64,000 nucleotides of DNA from Klebsormidium nitens (lineage: Eukaryota; Plantae; Klebsormidiophyceae). Location: assembly GCA_000708835.1 (NCBI GenBank), contig DF237086.1:62001-126000 (forward strand). Direction: 5' to 3'. Below the pieces are notes generated by a model. That model made no database searches and was not told the origin of the DNA. It saw nothing but the letters and a program-made list of their open reading frames with translations. A program made the position numbers and the translations under genes. This document shows, piece by piece, positions 37,508 through 50,374 of this stretch (position 1 is the first letter of the stretch; each line of letters opens with the position of its first letter).

Positions 37508-39315
37508 TCTTCACACAAGCGGTGAGTCCCAGACAGAGCACCCAGACCGCAGCTAGCCAGCAGCGAGGAGGTCCCCCTTTCTTCCAGCTTATACCAATCA
37601 CAAAAAGCGCCACTGATTTGGTACTGTTGCAGATGTTGGTCTAGCTGACAAGCTGGCCAGTGCCCTACAACTTACGCGCAAGCTGATCCAAAAAGGTGAA
37701 CACCATGGACTCATCTTCCAAGCCCCAGGGCCAAGGAAAGCGCAATCAATCAGATTCAATGTGTTTCTCAATGTAATACTGTATTAATGTCGGCGCAGCA
37801 TGACCCCAGCATGATGGCGCTTGGCGAGCTAGGTAGGTAGTACACATTGTGTATCTTTCAGATTCGGGCTCGAGGTTCTTCAGGCTGGTCGTTGAACTTG
37901 GTTGAGTTTGTGGGCGCAAACTAGTGTACTGATTCTAGAAAGCATCATTTTTCTGAGTCTTTCGTACTTTCTCCCGCCAGAATGGAAAGCTTCGGCGCCG
38001 TCGATGAAACTTTCCCAAGTTCGTAGACGGTACGATCTCTTTCTGGGGACGCTTGGTGAAACAGCGAGTCGTTTGCTCACGTTGCTTCATTCTCTAGGCA
38101 AGTGCTGCAGCATACCTTACTACGGTACCTATTATTAGTATCATTGCACAACCGAAGAACGCTCCGCAATTCCAATGCTTGCGCATCTCGTTCAAGGCAG
38201 CGCCACTGCCTCTGGCCAGCGTTTTGATGATTGACTCGGAAACAGAAAATGGTGCCAGATACCGGACCTGATTTCCAATCCGCTTGTGATTGTCAACAAT
38301 TTGTAGATACAGGCGGCGTCAAATTCAACATCGTCTTGCCCAGTGAGTTTGTTTTGACACCGACTTTTCCAAGTTTAGCTTTTGGGCACTTAGCAATCAA
38401 AAGGGGCACGATTTGCCTGTCGGATTAGTACTGACTTGCCTCCTATGCGAACAATTCGTCAAATTTGCACGCTTTCAAATGGACCTAATCTCTGCCAGAA
38501 GGATCGTTTGCTCGCTTGGACGCTTGAAGCGGGGCACTGTCAGATGACGGTAAGTGCACGTTTTGGGTGCCAACTTGTACCAAAGTAACGAGGAGTCTGC
38601 CATCGTCATGACGTTCTAGTACACCGTCCCTGCAATGCACATAGGGCTGCAAAGGAGGTACTACCTGCCTCAGAGACTGCGAAGGTGCTGAACCAGTACT
38701 CGAACGGCACGTGTCATTCTTCTGCGATCGAGCAGTCCAATCAGACATTTGGTCTCAATATCCTTGCTCCACTTTGAAGTTGAAGAGCCAAGGTTGGCTG
38801 CTTGAACCTCCTTGAGCAGGTCCAGGCAGAAACGTTAGCTTCCGCATGAAGCGCTGCGGCGCCCAGAAGAGGCAACAGGTGAGTGAGCAGGAAGCCTTCT
38901 GCATTGGATATATGCCTGCATGCGCAGCATCTAAGCACAGACTGATGGGGACGGCTTCTTCGTGTGGGACCTTTGGACGAGTCCTTTGCAGAAAAGGAGT
39001 GGGATGTTGAAGATCTGATTTAGCAAGATTGAAGTGGCTACTCGGACGGAGATGCAGCACTTACAGTCGGTTGGCTAGCGCCTCGTAGATCCAAGGGGCT
39101 GGGTGGTCTCCTCGATCGCACGTCTTGCATCAACCTGCACAGAAAACTGTTGAAGCATGCTGTGTTTTGGCAGAGAAAGTAGAATGGATGATGAACACGG
39201 CGCCGCGGCATGTACTGGGGAAAATCATCATTGTAAAGCTTGACTAAGAATTCCAAAGCAGCAGCAAGGCTCACTCCTCCATTTCAAATCCTGTAGACGA
39301 ACCAGCCTGTCGGAG

Positions 39316-42300
39316 ATGGCTGGTGGCCAGCCGCCGGCGGGCCCCGCAAACCACTCTGAGGAGTCTGCAATTGAGAGTTTCCTGTGAGTATCTTTTGGGA
39401 CAAGAAGGTCTGCATGGTGCTCTTGATGGTGCAGATCTGCAAGATCTACTATGTTTCCAAGAGTCTCCAAGTTCTAGTTGCTCTCTGATATTCATGTTTG
39501 TGGAAGATCTCGGTGCAGTGGTCATCATAGAAAGTCCAAAGGAGAGTTTTTCAAAAATAAAGTTTCGTCTGGGATATCCCGACTTAGTATTAAAGATCAG
39601 TCCAATCCAAAAGATGAAGTCTCGATCAACCTGATGGCAAGAATTCAAGGTCGCTTAATGTCTGAGCTGACTTACGGCACCTCCTTCATGTGCTCTGTTT
39701 CGCTGAATGAGCGAGACGCATGTACCTTGCAGCAGGTTGACTTCGGGGAGGATCCTGCCTTCTTGACAAATCCTGAGCTCCTTTGATGTCCAACTTCTTT
39801 CCTTCTATGTGCACGCTGTAGCTGGCGCCAATTGGTCAAAAGAACCATTCAAAAAACATTGATTAGTGATCGTGTGTTTTGAACCTCTAACTGTTTTCTG
39901 TAGGCGGATACTGGAAGATCACAGGCGCGCTTGTGAGGCCACCGGCAAGTATGTGGAAGCAGAGGTCGCCAAGAAACGAATTGTAGAACTAAGAGCAGAG
40001 TGAGTTGCATTCCTGCTTCTGATCCTCGCTGCACTCTCTCCCGTTTGCCCCTGCTCAAGTGTTTGCCAATTAGCTGTATTCCACAGAGCAGTGTTCAATC
40101 TAGATGATGGAGCGTTGTCGAGCAAAGTACGGAAGTCAGCACATCAAGTTCACAGCAAGATCGAAGGGTCCAATCAACGAGAAACTAAGGGTATCAAAGA
40201 TGGTACGCAAGGGCCAGCAACTCCTATTGTGGACAAAGACCAAGGAAGTCCTCCGAAGAATTTGGAAATGCTACTGAAGTCCCGGACAGACAGTTGATGG
40301 TTAGTATGACAATGAAATTTCTAGCCAGTCCACTAAGTTTGTGGAAAGTATCGCGTGCAGCCACGCCAACAAGAAGCGGGAGGCGTTGCGCGCTCGCCAG
40401 GTCAAGGAGCGCCTCGATCTGGAGGAGGCGCAGATCCTGGAGTATGAGCACTTCAAAGCGCGTTGGGCCAAGTCGCTCAAGGAGTTTGACGACAAGGCCG
40501 CCGAGCAGGCCAGCTCTGCCAAAGTGAGCCGCTCATGCTTTCACTCTGGTGCACCCACACGTGAGCGAAGCAGCTCGCGACTGTATCATGGGCGGGACAC
40601 CATATTTAAGGTTTGGGATGACCTTTATATCACGTATCATCAGCGTACTTAAAGCTGTGTCGTCCTTCCGCGAGCACTTTCATTCCATCTACAACACTTC
40701 TGTGAAGTCCCAAGACGCACTACGGCGGAATTTAGCCGCGTAAAGTCCACACGTGCTGTTGTCATCGTGCCCTCTTGCAGACTTGGCCAGCGAAGGGAAG
40801 GGTTGATCGATCGAGCTGCTGGAGAAGTCTGGAGTGGCAGAATGTCACCTCGACTTGAGCATATCTTTGCCGTCCGTTGCTTGCCGCTGATGTCATCAGA
40901 CCTCTTCGGCAGGACCGCCAAACAAAGGGATTTGATCGAGCTGCGGAAGAAGTCATTGCTGATGGACTCTCCAAGACGTCAACCTAGTTCTCCCAACTCT
41001 CCTCCGCCAATGTTTGTTGCTTGCGGCTGACACCATCAAGAATCTTCGACAGGATCGGCAAACGGAAGAGCTGCTCGATCTGCGGGAGAAGCACGAGCGG
41101 GAGCTCGCGGACGTCCGGCCGAAGCCGAACAAGGAGATCCTGAACCTGCGGAAGATTCAGGAGATCCTCGCCAAGCAGAAGGAGTACATCGAGGCGCAGA
41201 AGGTCAAGGCGAAAGTGGACCAGCTGGTGAGCGCCTCAAACAGCGTCCACAAACATTTCGAGCGCTCTTTCTGTGCGGACGCTCCGTTTCCTCAGAGAGC
41301 GTCCGCAAGCTTTGAGCGCTCTGTCTGTGTGGACGGTCCGTTTCCGTCCCTGATAATCTTCCAAACGGAAGCTCGTTTCGTGGACCAGCTGGTGAGCGTC
41401 CGAAACACTTCGCGGACGCTATTTCCGTACTGACGCTCTGTATCTGCAAAGCTTTCCCCCCCATGCGAATGTACGGTATCAATAAACATTTCCCTGTGCT
41501 GACGCTCTGTCTCTGCGAATGCTGGTGCTGTTCGACGTCCCGTCTTGGGGAACGGTCCAATCTGCGGACAAGTCTTAGTGCAGATACTCGGTTTCTGCTG
41601 GCGCGTACCCTTTGCGGACGCTTCTCGTTCTTGCTTGCTGTTTTTAGGGGGACGCTCTTCATGTCCGGACGCTGGTCCTGTACGGACGCTCCTGTGACGC
41701 GGTGCTTTCTCCGTCCGAACGGTCCATCTGTGTACGTATTGGTGGACGAGCTCTGACAGGACCGCGCGCGCTTCCATGAAACAGTGCGCTTCCTTTGCGC
41801 AACTCGAAGTTTTCCGTTTTCATAATTCTTTTGCCTCACCCTCACCACCCATATCTCCGTCGTGAGGATCTGACGAAAAGGCTCCTTTCCCGGCGCGTAT
41901 GCAGGAGCTGTTAAAAGCGGGCAGGGCACGTGCCGCGCTGACGGGAGCTAGTGCGCTTCAAACGAACAGAGCGCTTCAGTTGCAAAGAGTTTTTGGCCAT
42001 CCATCTCGACTTTCTTTACACCACACAACGAATCACAATCTGGCACCTCGCGACAACCCTCGTTTTCGACCTATATGCAGGAGTTGTGAAGCGGACAGGG
42101 CATGTGCCCTGCTGACAGGAGCTACTTCGCTACAGAGGAATGTGCGCTTCCGACAAGACGACTCATGGACCCTATTTTCGCGCTTATGCAGGAGGCGTTG
42201 GAAGCGGACAGGGCACGTGCCCTGCTGACGGAAGCGATCGCGCTCGCGGAGGAGAAGGTGCTCGCGCGGCAGGCCCAGGAAATGGAGGGCCTGCTCAAAC

Positions 42301-43903
42301 GGCTGATGGGCGCGCGCGACGACCTTTTGCGTCAGCGGCAGATGGACCACGACAGGTGCGGCACTCAGATCTTTTGTAACGGGGCTTCCCCTGCTTTTCC
42401 AAGCCGTACATCAGACTTTCAATACGACGTTGGCAGATCTCATCGCACGCTATGTGCGAGTGTAGACGGTATACACCGAGATGTCGAGGGTCCGGCGAGT
42501 TTGGCAAAGTTCTGCCCCACCTGATGACTGAAACCTGAATTATCCTTGAAGGAGTCGGGCACCTTCAAAGACTCCCTCCGCATACGTGACAAATGCGACG
42601 CAATTAAACTCTCCGTTTTTCAACTCCGTCCCTGGGTCAATCTTGTCACGATGCGCTTCTCCTCCTAGCATTTTTGACTTTGGTAGCGCAAGAGTCTTCA
42701 GCTCGGCCGCTGATTGGGCTCCAACATTGATTACATTGGGGTGGATTCTTTTCATGCAACCGATCGCTGCCGTAAAATGGCCCATCTATCTGGTCGGCTC
42801 ACAAATCCAGACTTGAATGATGCGGCACGGATAACAGTGGGTTGAGCACAATCCGTGCGACTCTTCTGACAGTCGTTATCGTCTACCATCTCGCAGAATT
42901 GTCCAGAGGCACCAGAACGGAAAGCTCCTCCTCGAAAAGAACCAGGCGCTCGACCGGCAAAAGATCGAAAAGCACCTCAAGAGAGGCTCCACGTCGGTGC
43001 CAAAGGTAAAAACCCTAAATTCTATCCCCTACAAACCCACGTTTTGCTTCCAAGGTGTGGGGCCATTGTCGCTGGCCCTGTGATCAAAACAGTGGAGAAA
43101 CCATGAAATATCTAGAGACGCTTCATTCCTCTTCTTCCGTATATACGACTTAGACCCACAATGCGAGAGGTGTTGCTTTTACCTCGATTGCCAAGTCGGT
43201 GAAACGCTCATCAAAAGAAGCTCGGCAAGTTATCAGGTGGTCTGGCTTGGCTGACACTGACCCATAAGGTAAAGTCAATGATCCAGATCGACTTGGAAAG
43301 CTGCGCACTTACGGGCCTCATTTTCTGGCTTTGCAGGGGGTAGTAACGGCGCCAATTGACGGAGGGCGGCGCTCGAAAACGCCGAACAGCCTAAGACGCT
43401 CCGCTGACAGTCCCTCGCCGGTACGTGTATCCGTCCGAGACCAGGTCTATCGGGAAGTCCTGCACTTAGAGCAGGACTACTTTAGAATGTATTTTGAACC
43501 CTCCAGACGAGCTGAACTTTTTCATTGGGACACTTAAGATCGACAGATCATCCGTTCAACAGTCTGAAAGCTAGTTGACTCGGCTAGTTGACTTGCTTCA
43601 TCTGTTGACCAATTTCATCGTAAACCTATCGTAGCCTCCTTTAGAGGCACCTGTTAAAGTATTTGTGATACTTGTCGCTGCCTCCCAAGAAATTGCTTTG
43701 AAGGCGAGCTGTAATAAGCACCCGCAATTTGAGAAATCTAGATTCATGGTTTGTCAAAAGTCAGCCTTCTGACTGTGCTGCGTCAACCATTTTTGACGAC
43801 TTCCTGAACAGATGCACCTTTCTTCCTCCAGGAAACGCGCAAATCTGACAAGTCCAAGATGACGAGCAAAATCTATGCCAGTTGGGACCAGTCACTGAAG
43901 TGA
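39316..43903 (+). CDS. Coiled-coil protein (PNKEILNLRKIQE family), possibly cilium-associated
   Basis: Exons 39316-39383, 39904-39999, 40361-40523, 41053-41226, 42192-42355, 42897-43005, 43337-43420 in phase; terminal exon 43832-43903 is uncertain. SFLRILEDHRRACEATGKYVEAEVAKKRIVELR, ERLDLEEAQILEY, PKPNKEILNLRKIQEILAKQKEYIEAQKVK. Confidence 0.75.
41227..42191 (+). repeat. Intron with donor-copy, GGACGCT-rich minisatellite and two acceptor-copies
   Basis: GTGGACCAGCTGGTGAGCG at 41215 (real) and 41380 (copy). ATGCAGGAG...AGCGG(A/G)CAGGGCA(C/T)GTGCC units at 41899, 42075 and 42186 (real). Confidence 0.82.
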
Positions 43904-45774
43904 TCCAAGCCAAGCTGTTCCCCAAAGTGAAGACCGTACGTAGTCAGTTTAAAAACATAAAATTGCTGGATCGCTGCAGCTGTGTGAAATACAAAGACTA
44001 ATCTTATAACAAACTAATCTGTTGCTCTATCGTCCTTACCGCTGATCCTTTATACTGAAGTAGTTGATCGCAAGCCATACTCTGATCGTAGCTAGTCTGA
44101 CAACGTCGCGAAATGGCGACCAGATTGTAGTCAAGTACGTTGAAACAATTGAAGTCACTTCCCACGTGTTGATTTGGGCGCCATTCGCGCAGGTTATATA
44201 CTTCGTTCCAAAACATCTTAAGCATGCCTGAGAGCTCGAAAGCGGCCCTATATACTGCAATTTGCGTTCGAGTGAGCGAGGCGAGTCATTACGGTAACTT
44301 TTAGGTGAAGTAACACCTTAGCGACGTCAAGGTTGGGCCGCCGGCCCGGGGGACGGGTGGAGTCAGGTCGGTGGTTGGTGTAGGTTGAGCATGCGGACTC
44401 AGCGCCTGGTTTCTTGGGATTGAAACTTTTGGTTTGTAGGCTCAGGATTCATGAGTCGAAGTCGCTCAGCTCTGAGGTCACTCGACTGGCAGTAATACGA
44501 GTATCATGTGCAGCAATTCCTGGTTGCAGGCGTAAAATCATCTTCCTTTCGAATTGAATTCCGAATAGCATCAGCCTTCGGAAGCAGACTTACTTTGACA
44601 AATGGAGCGCATGGGCTGTCGGTTGACGTCGCTTGCTATGCGCACCTTCATTTCCGCGCGCCTGCCGCAAATCACTCTGATTAGCTGTGACAATACTTTT
44701 GCGCTACGGGATGCAATCACAATGATGTTCGTGCTTTGTGCTGGCGGAAAGCAGTGTCCCGCACGATAAAGGAGACCCAGGTTGACCTGCCAATTGGAAG
44801 GCTTAGCAAGATTCAGTGTCACTTCGTCTGGAAAACTTTCCGAGGATGCATGCGCCCGGTCAAGGAAGATGGGAATCCCAACCACGTTGACCGAGTCGGG
44901 ACATGCTTGCTGCAAGCCCGCAACAGAATACTAAAGTGATAGGATCCACTTGAAGGGTGAGCCTAACTTCGATTGACGGAAGTATCATCTAGCTCTGAAT
45001 CTCAATCTCGGATAATCTGGTGCGCTGACAAACGTGGAACACGTGGTTCCAGCCTGCCCCTGTTGACGCATATTGACCGGGTCCGCATATGCATAACGGC
45101 CCAGGGGTCGATTAACTCAAACACTTGAAGAGCTCGGCTTACGGTCAACGCAAGCCCCATCGTAATCGTGCCGCCGTGCCAGTCAGCTTGATTTTTTTTG
45201 CCATGCCAGAGTTGAGGGAGTGCCCACAAACAAGCCCATTCGGTGGGAGAGGATTGGGGCCGTCATGGCGGTCAAAGAATAGGTGCATGTCAAAGCGCAG
45301 ACCGCTACCCAGAGAGAATATTAGAAAAGGAGGCACGGTACCTTGTCAATCCACGGATGTTCGTGGAAGGAATCAGGAGGGGGTGAAATTGTCTGTGCTT
45401 TGCATGAGCCGTTGCGCCTCTGGTCGGACGCCCAGCTGGCGGCCAGCTCGACCCGAGAAGATGGTACCACGCTGGGGAAGTATTAAGGGAGCCTATTTCT
45501 GAAGGCCCTCAGGAATAGATTCATCGAAGGTTTCGCTTTTTAAGAGGGACGCCTGGACCCTCCACAGATACGTGCATCCCGGCCGTTGTTTCCCCATCCT
45601 TTCGCAAGAGATGTGTGCCTTCCAACTCGAGGTAACAACACCTCAGCTATTCTCCTGAAATCGTCCGTGAAGAAAATAGATTTCCTGCAAAACAGTCTGT
45701 TTCTCGCAGAGACAGCAACGCACGAGACAGCCCTTTTCAACATTCATCAGCCACGCGGAGCAAATCTTACAGAC

Positions 45775-47771
45775 ATGGCGATCTCCTCAAAAAGCAGAAG
45801 GTACCCGTCTCCCTTTCCGCGGGCACTCGTCACTCTCTTCTTCGCGTTCCTCCTCTTCGCCAGGGCCGCTTCTCGGGTCCTACCGGAAGACTCAACCGGG
45901 GACCAAACCTGGAACCAAACCACGGTTAACCAAGCCGGGAATAACCAAACCGGGAATCAAACCAGGATCAACCAGATTGGAAGTGACCAAACCGGAAACC
46001 AAACCGCGGCCTCCAGCCGCCGGCGCCTTCTGCAAAGTAACAACTGGAGCCAACCGAGCAGCGGCCCGGTAGATGTGAACCGGGCGTATAAGGTGTTGGC
46101 AAAGTATGTGACGGTGGACATTGCGGGCATTCTCCTCAGGATGGCGTTCCACGACGCGGGCACGTATGATAAGAGCTCGGGCACGGGTGGCGCGAACGGG
46201 TCGCTCAAATACGAGCTCAGCAGGTACGTATAAAGTCCTTTTGGGGCAGATTGGTTTGTTGCACCAATCAACTTTACTTTCTGCGGTCCAAGCAACGTAG
46301 AAGCGAAGTCTATTGAGAAGAGTCCTTGATTTTTTGCACACAGATTCGTGCTTCAATGCGGTGCTCGAATCCAAATCCTGATTTTTCGACCTGACCGTTG
46401 CTACTTTGCGGGTTTGCTTATTCCTTTCATTTCTCTCCGTTCTTTCCTCTTCCCTCCGTTCATCTAGCATCCCTCTCCATTTTGCTTTCTCGGTTCTCCT
46501 GCTCTGTACCTCGGTTCTCCTCCTTCCTTCGTTGTCGGAAGGAATCATTTCACGACGAATTCGCTTAAAAGGCCACTCGAGCTCAGAGTTTGATAAGTTG
46601 GCTCTTTTCACCCGGCGCTGCTTTTATCATCCCTCTTTGACTTTCTCTTCTCGCAACTCCTCCGACTTTTTCCTGCTCCTCAGGGCCCTGAACGAGCCCA
46701 TCTCCTCACACTGGTCCGTCATCGAGTCCATCAAGGGCGGCCTCCCTAACGTCAGCTACGCTGACGTCATCTTCCTAGCCGGTTTCTACGCCATCCACAT
46801 CACCGGGGGACCCCTCGTCACGAGCGTCCGAACCGGACGCGTGGACGCGAGCGTCGCGGATCCGGACAACCGGCTCCCGCTGAGCTCATGGAACGCCGAC
46901 CAGCTGACGTCACACTTCGGCGACGCGTACGGTTTCGGGTGCCAGGAGCTGGTCGCCCTCTCGGGGGCGCACAGCATCGGGACGTCGAAAGTCACTCCGC
47001 CTCTGGGCCCTATGGTGAGGCGTAAAGCTTGGGGAACAATCTACGTCTGCGTTTCGCTGCCCCTGGCCCCCCGGCTGTGACTGTAGTGTAATCTTGCCCT
47101 TGCTGAAGCGACCATCTGCGTGGAGAAGGCTGATATCGATCTTCTGTGATTGGTGGACGTTCTCATTGCCATGCGAAAAATCGCGTGCAGTACACGGATT
47201 TCTGATTTTCAGTGCTTCGATTCACCATGGATTTCGCTTTGCCTGGAATCTCCCATATACTACTTAATCTCCTTCGCTGTACGAACAGAACCTTTGACAA
47301 TATCATGTGACGATGCATTCCGAAATGAAAATGGAACAGAACGGTCAAACCGAAGGAACGGAGTCATCGGTGATCGTTGAAACTTTTATAAACGAAGATT
47401 CCGTGAAGTATCGTTTCGTTAGCCGCTTCTTCCTACCTCTTCTGCATTTCGAACAACCGTTCCATCACGCTTTCATTCCAGATGGCCCTGGAATAAGCGA
47501 AGCCTTTAGCCCGTAGAATTCATCTGTCGAAGATTTCGCACGAATAGCTGTCCTTAAATGACAGGACGACACGTCGCGCGTCTTCGACGTGCGCTACTAC
47601 CAGAAGCTCGTGAACGGCGGCGGGTCCTTCCCTTCGGACAAGGCCCTGTCCCAGAGCTCGGACACTAGCCCATACGTCCGCACGTACGCCGGCGACCAGG
47701 ATGCGTGGTGGGCGGAGTTTGTCGACGCCCTCAAGAAGATAGGCGACCTGGGTGCTACCTACGAATCATAG
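45775..47771 (+). CDS. Secreted ascorbate-peroxidase-related (APX-R-like) class I heme peroxidase, ~328 aa, 3 exons
   Basis: Exons 45775-46223, 46684-47014, 47565-47771 (987 nt, in phase). Distal motif LLRMAFHDAGTYD, GGANGSLKYEL, VSYADVIFLAG, TGRVDA, proximal ELVALSGAHSIG, FDVRYY, FPSDKAL. Hydrophobic leader ALVTLFFAFLLFARAAS. Confidence 0.88.
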
Positions 47772-49459
47772 AAGGTCCCCGAAGCTTTTGTCCAAAGCTG
47801 ACAACATGTAAGGAAACGTACAAGCAGCCAAGGTTTTAAAGAAAGACTGGTTCAGAGGCTCGAATCCGGAGCGGGTAGAAACGCAGAAGAGGAGCATAAA
47901 CCACCAAAGATCGCCGCAGGAAAGAGGCCAGCGGTTCGTCGATGCATTCAATTCGGGGCTTGCGAGATGCTCAAAAGGGTCAAGTTTTGGATAGTGATAG
48001 CACCCACCTAAGTTCCAGTATGAAGTCCATGTGTAACGCCCTCGTTCTCACGGTTCCCAACTTTGATTTTGTGCGCGGTGTGCCGTTCTGTTGAGAAGCG
48101 AACCGTGTTATCTCAAATTCCTGCAGCTGCATAAGACTGTCTCGAGCCTTTTCGAACCGGTCCGGTCGCTTCGTTTGCTCAGCAGAGGTGATTCTGTGGA
48201 TCAACAGTGGCCCCGCTGCCGCCACTTTTCAGAGTTCATTCGAAGTTCATTGTTCGATATACGGGAGCTTCTTGGCCGGCCCGTCCAATATCGACGGCAT
48301 GCTCGTCAACGTCAACAAGCCTCGTTTCGGCTTGGACCTTGATTTCTTCAAGGGAGCGGGCGTCGTCTTATGCGTACGTACATACTTCGCCAAGACAAAT
48401 GGGAATGTGTCGGAGGATCCAATAGCGGTCCGACGGCTTTCAAACAAACTTGGTAAGAGGTTTGCGGGGTCAAGCATCTCGTTAAGTTTGATGATCTTGC
48501 AGCATCCAAGCGGAGTATCTTGCGGGGCGCTTATATGTAAATAGGTACTGCATGCATGCGCTAGCTGGCTAGCCGCATATGACTCGTTGGCAAAATGTTA
48601 ATATTTGTGCACGCCCTTGATTCATGGACGCAAAGAGTGAGTCTCCAGGTCCGTAAGAAACCTTCGCTTCCATGACGGACTACAGTAGTTTAGGAATTAT
48701 AACAGCCAGGTATAACAAGCTCCAACTAACACCAAAAAACCTAAACCCAACGATCTACCTGCTCCGCACCCGTACCCACCCTACCCCCCAAACTAACTCC
48801 ACCCGTCCCAGGCTGGCGAGCTTATTATACCTGCCGCTTATCATTCTTAAATTGTCCGAATTTTCGCTTCCGGTCAACCGTGCCGTTGTCTTTAGGACAC
48901 TTCAATCATCTCTCGCCGATGCGCTGTGCTGGTTTTGAGAACAAAACTTAGAATACTATTCTTTTATGATATCTACATTCAACGAACGCGTTCGCATGTT
49001 AAGCCCATCCATGAAATCCGAGCTTTATTGGGGTCATACTTTTCCTTCATGGCTCTTTAGCCCAGGTCCTAATAGCACAGACTGCGGGCCTGAAAGACAG
49101 CACTCTCTCTTCATTTCCGACGTCCAATGCAGCTGCATATCACACAGAAAGCCTTCGTAAGAACAGCTCCTGCTTTCGCCACGGTCTCAGAGTGCCGCCA
49201 TGCTTCCAAGGTGGAAAAGTGCTCTGGGAACCAGGTTAGCCTTGAGAGCCACCTTGCCACCATGCTATAGCGTGTCAAGCACTGGGAGCTTTACTATCGA
49301 CATACCTACATGCGGTCTAGAGGAGAATTGGAAGGAAAAAGTATCCCAAGAGTCAGGTATGAAACACCCAATCAGAAACACCCGGTCAACTAAATGAAAA
49401 CTTCCTTTACAAAAAGCAGCGTCCAGTCTTCCTCACTATCGTTTGGTCCCCTCAAGAGC

Positions 49460-50374
49460 TCAGATCTTGGTCTTTTTCTTCTCCTTGGCCTCCTTGGCGG
49501 CGCGGATCTCTTTCAGTCTCTCCTTATCTTCGCATCTTCTTGCCACGAGGCGTAGCTCCTCGAAATCCCCCTTCCCTTCTGCATACCATTCCAGAAACGC
49601 CATGCGAGCAGGCTTCGTGGAAATCGTATGGACGCTGCTCAACATATCTAGAAGCTCTTCCTCGTTGATCTTAAGTGCGATGCTCGCCAAGACGCCAGTC
49701 TCAGGATTCTCCCAGCTCAGATCCCCTTTGCTGACGTTGACGTCACCTGTATACACAACATTTCTGTAGCGTTCCACAGCAGCATGTGGAAACTCTTCCA
49801 AAGCGGACACTACGATCATGGAGCCATCCTCCGTCAACCTTGGTGGTTTCATGCTGAAGACAATTGGCCACTGAGTCCCTTCCCTTATCTGCAGCAGCAA
49901 CTTGTGGCAACGAACTGGGGGACCATCTTTGGTCAGTAACAGCACGTCTGCCGACTGCATTCCCTGCTCAGAAAGCAGTCCTTGGAGACTTGGAGCCAAG
50001 CGGTTGAGCTTGTTCAAGATCAAGCGACCCTCGACGATTGTCCCACTAGCTATTTTTGCTGAGTTGGGAAGGCTGACATTGCAGCCTTCCATGTTGGACT
50101 CTTGCAAAATCTGTACTGTCTTGCCATCAATCGTGAAGTTCGTTTGGAACATGATACTCGCCGGTTCCTTACCAGAGGGATACGGGGTTCCATTCTTATC
50201 ACAGACTACGGCGCTGAGAACTCTGAGTCCAGAGTATACTTTCATTCGGAGCATGATGTCTGGATTGTACCAGACAAAAACTGCGCTAAGAATTTCGGAG
50301 CTCCTCGGTTTGATGGTGAAAGGAATTGTTGCGCAGCTAGTCGAACTGCGCAGCGGTGGCTCTGCGGCTGCCAT
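49460..50374 (-). CDS. Intronless divergent BTB/POZ-domain protein (304 aa)
   Basis: Single ORF; the likely start is ATG 50374 (MAAAEPP). BTB-like SADVLLLTKDGPPVRCHKLLLQ and FPHAAVERYRNVVYTGDV. The N-terminal beta-rich region is possibly a degenerate MATH-like domain. Basic C-terminus. Confidence 0.7.
   Translation of the reverse strand: MAAAEPPLRSSTSCATIPFTIKPRSSEILSAVFVWYNPDIMLRMKVYSGLRVLSAVVCDKNGTPYPSGKEPASIMFQTNFTIDGKTVQILQESNMEGCNVSLPNSAKIASGTIVEGRLILNKLNRLAPSLQGLLSEQGMQSADVLLLTKDGPPVRCHKLLLQIREGTQWPIVFSMKPPRLTEDGSMIVVSALEEFPHAAVERYRNVVYTGDVNVSKGDLSWENPETGVLASIALKINEEELLDMLSSVHTISTKPARMAFLEWYAEGKGDFEELRLVARRCEDKERLKEIRAAKEAKEKKKTKI

Noticed and set aside
41204-41929. 241-aa and 161-aa minus-strand ORFs
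   Set aside because: They arise from the stop-poor intronic minisatellite antisense to the coiled-coil gene.
45892-46611. 239-aa minus-strand ORF
   Set aside because: Antisense to peroxidase exon 1 and a pyrimidine-rich intron, giving a spurious Arg/Glu-rich translation.
8226-47771. Possible functional cluster of redox/sulfur genes (SAT, GLX1, peroxidase)
   Set aside because: Separated by unrelated housekeeping genes over ~40 kb; no evidence of co-regulation.
48188-48550. Open frames on both strands downstream of the peroxidase
   Set aside because: Coding-like, but I could not decide on strand or frame or assign any family; no splice-consistent model.
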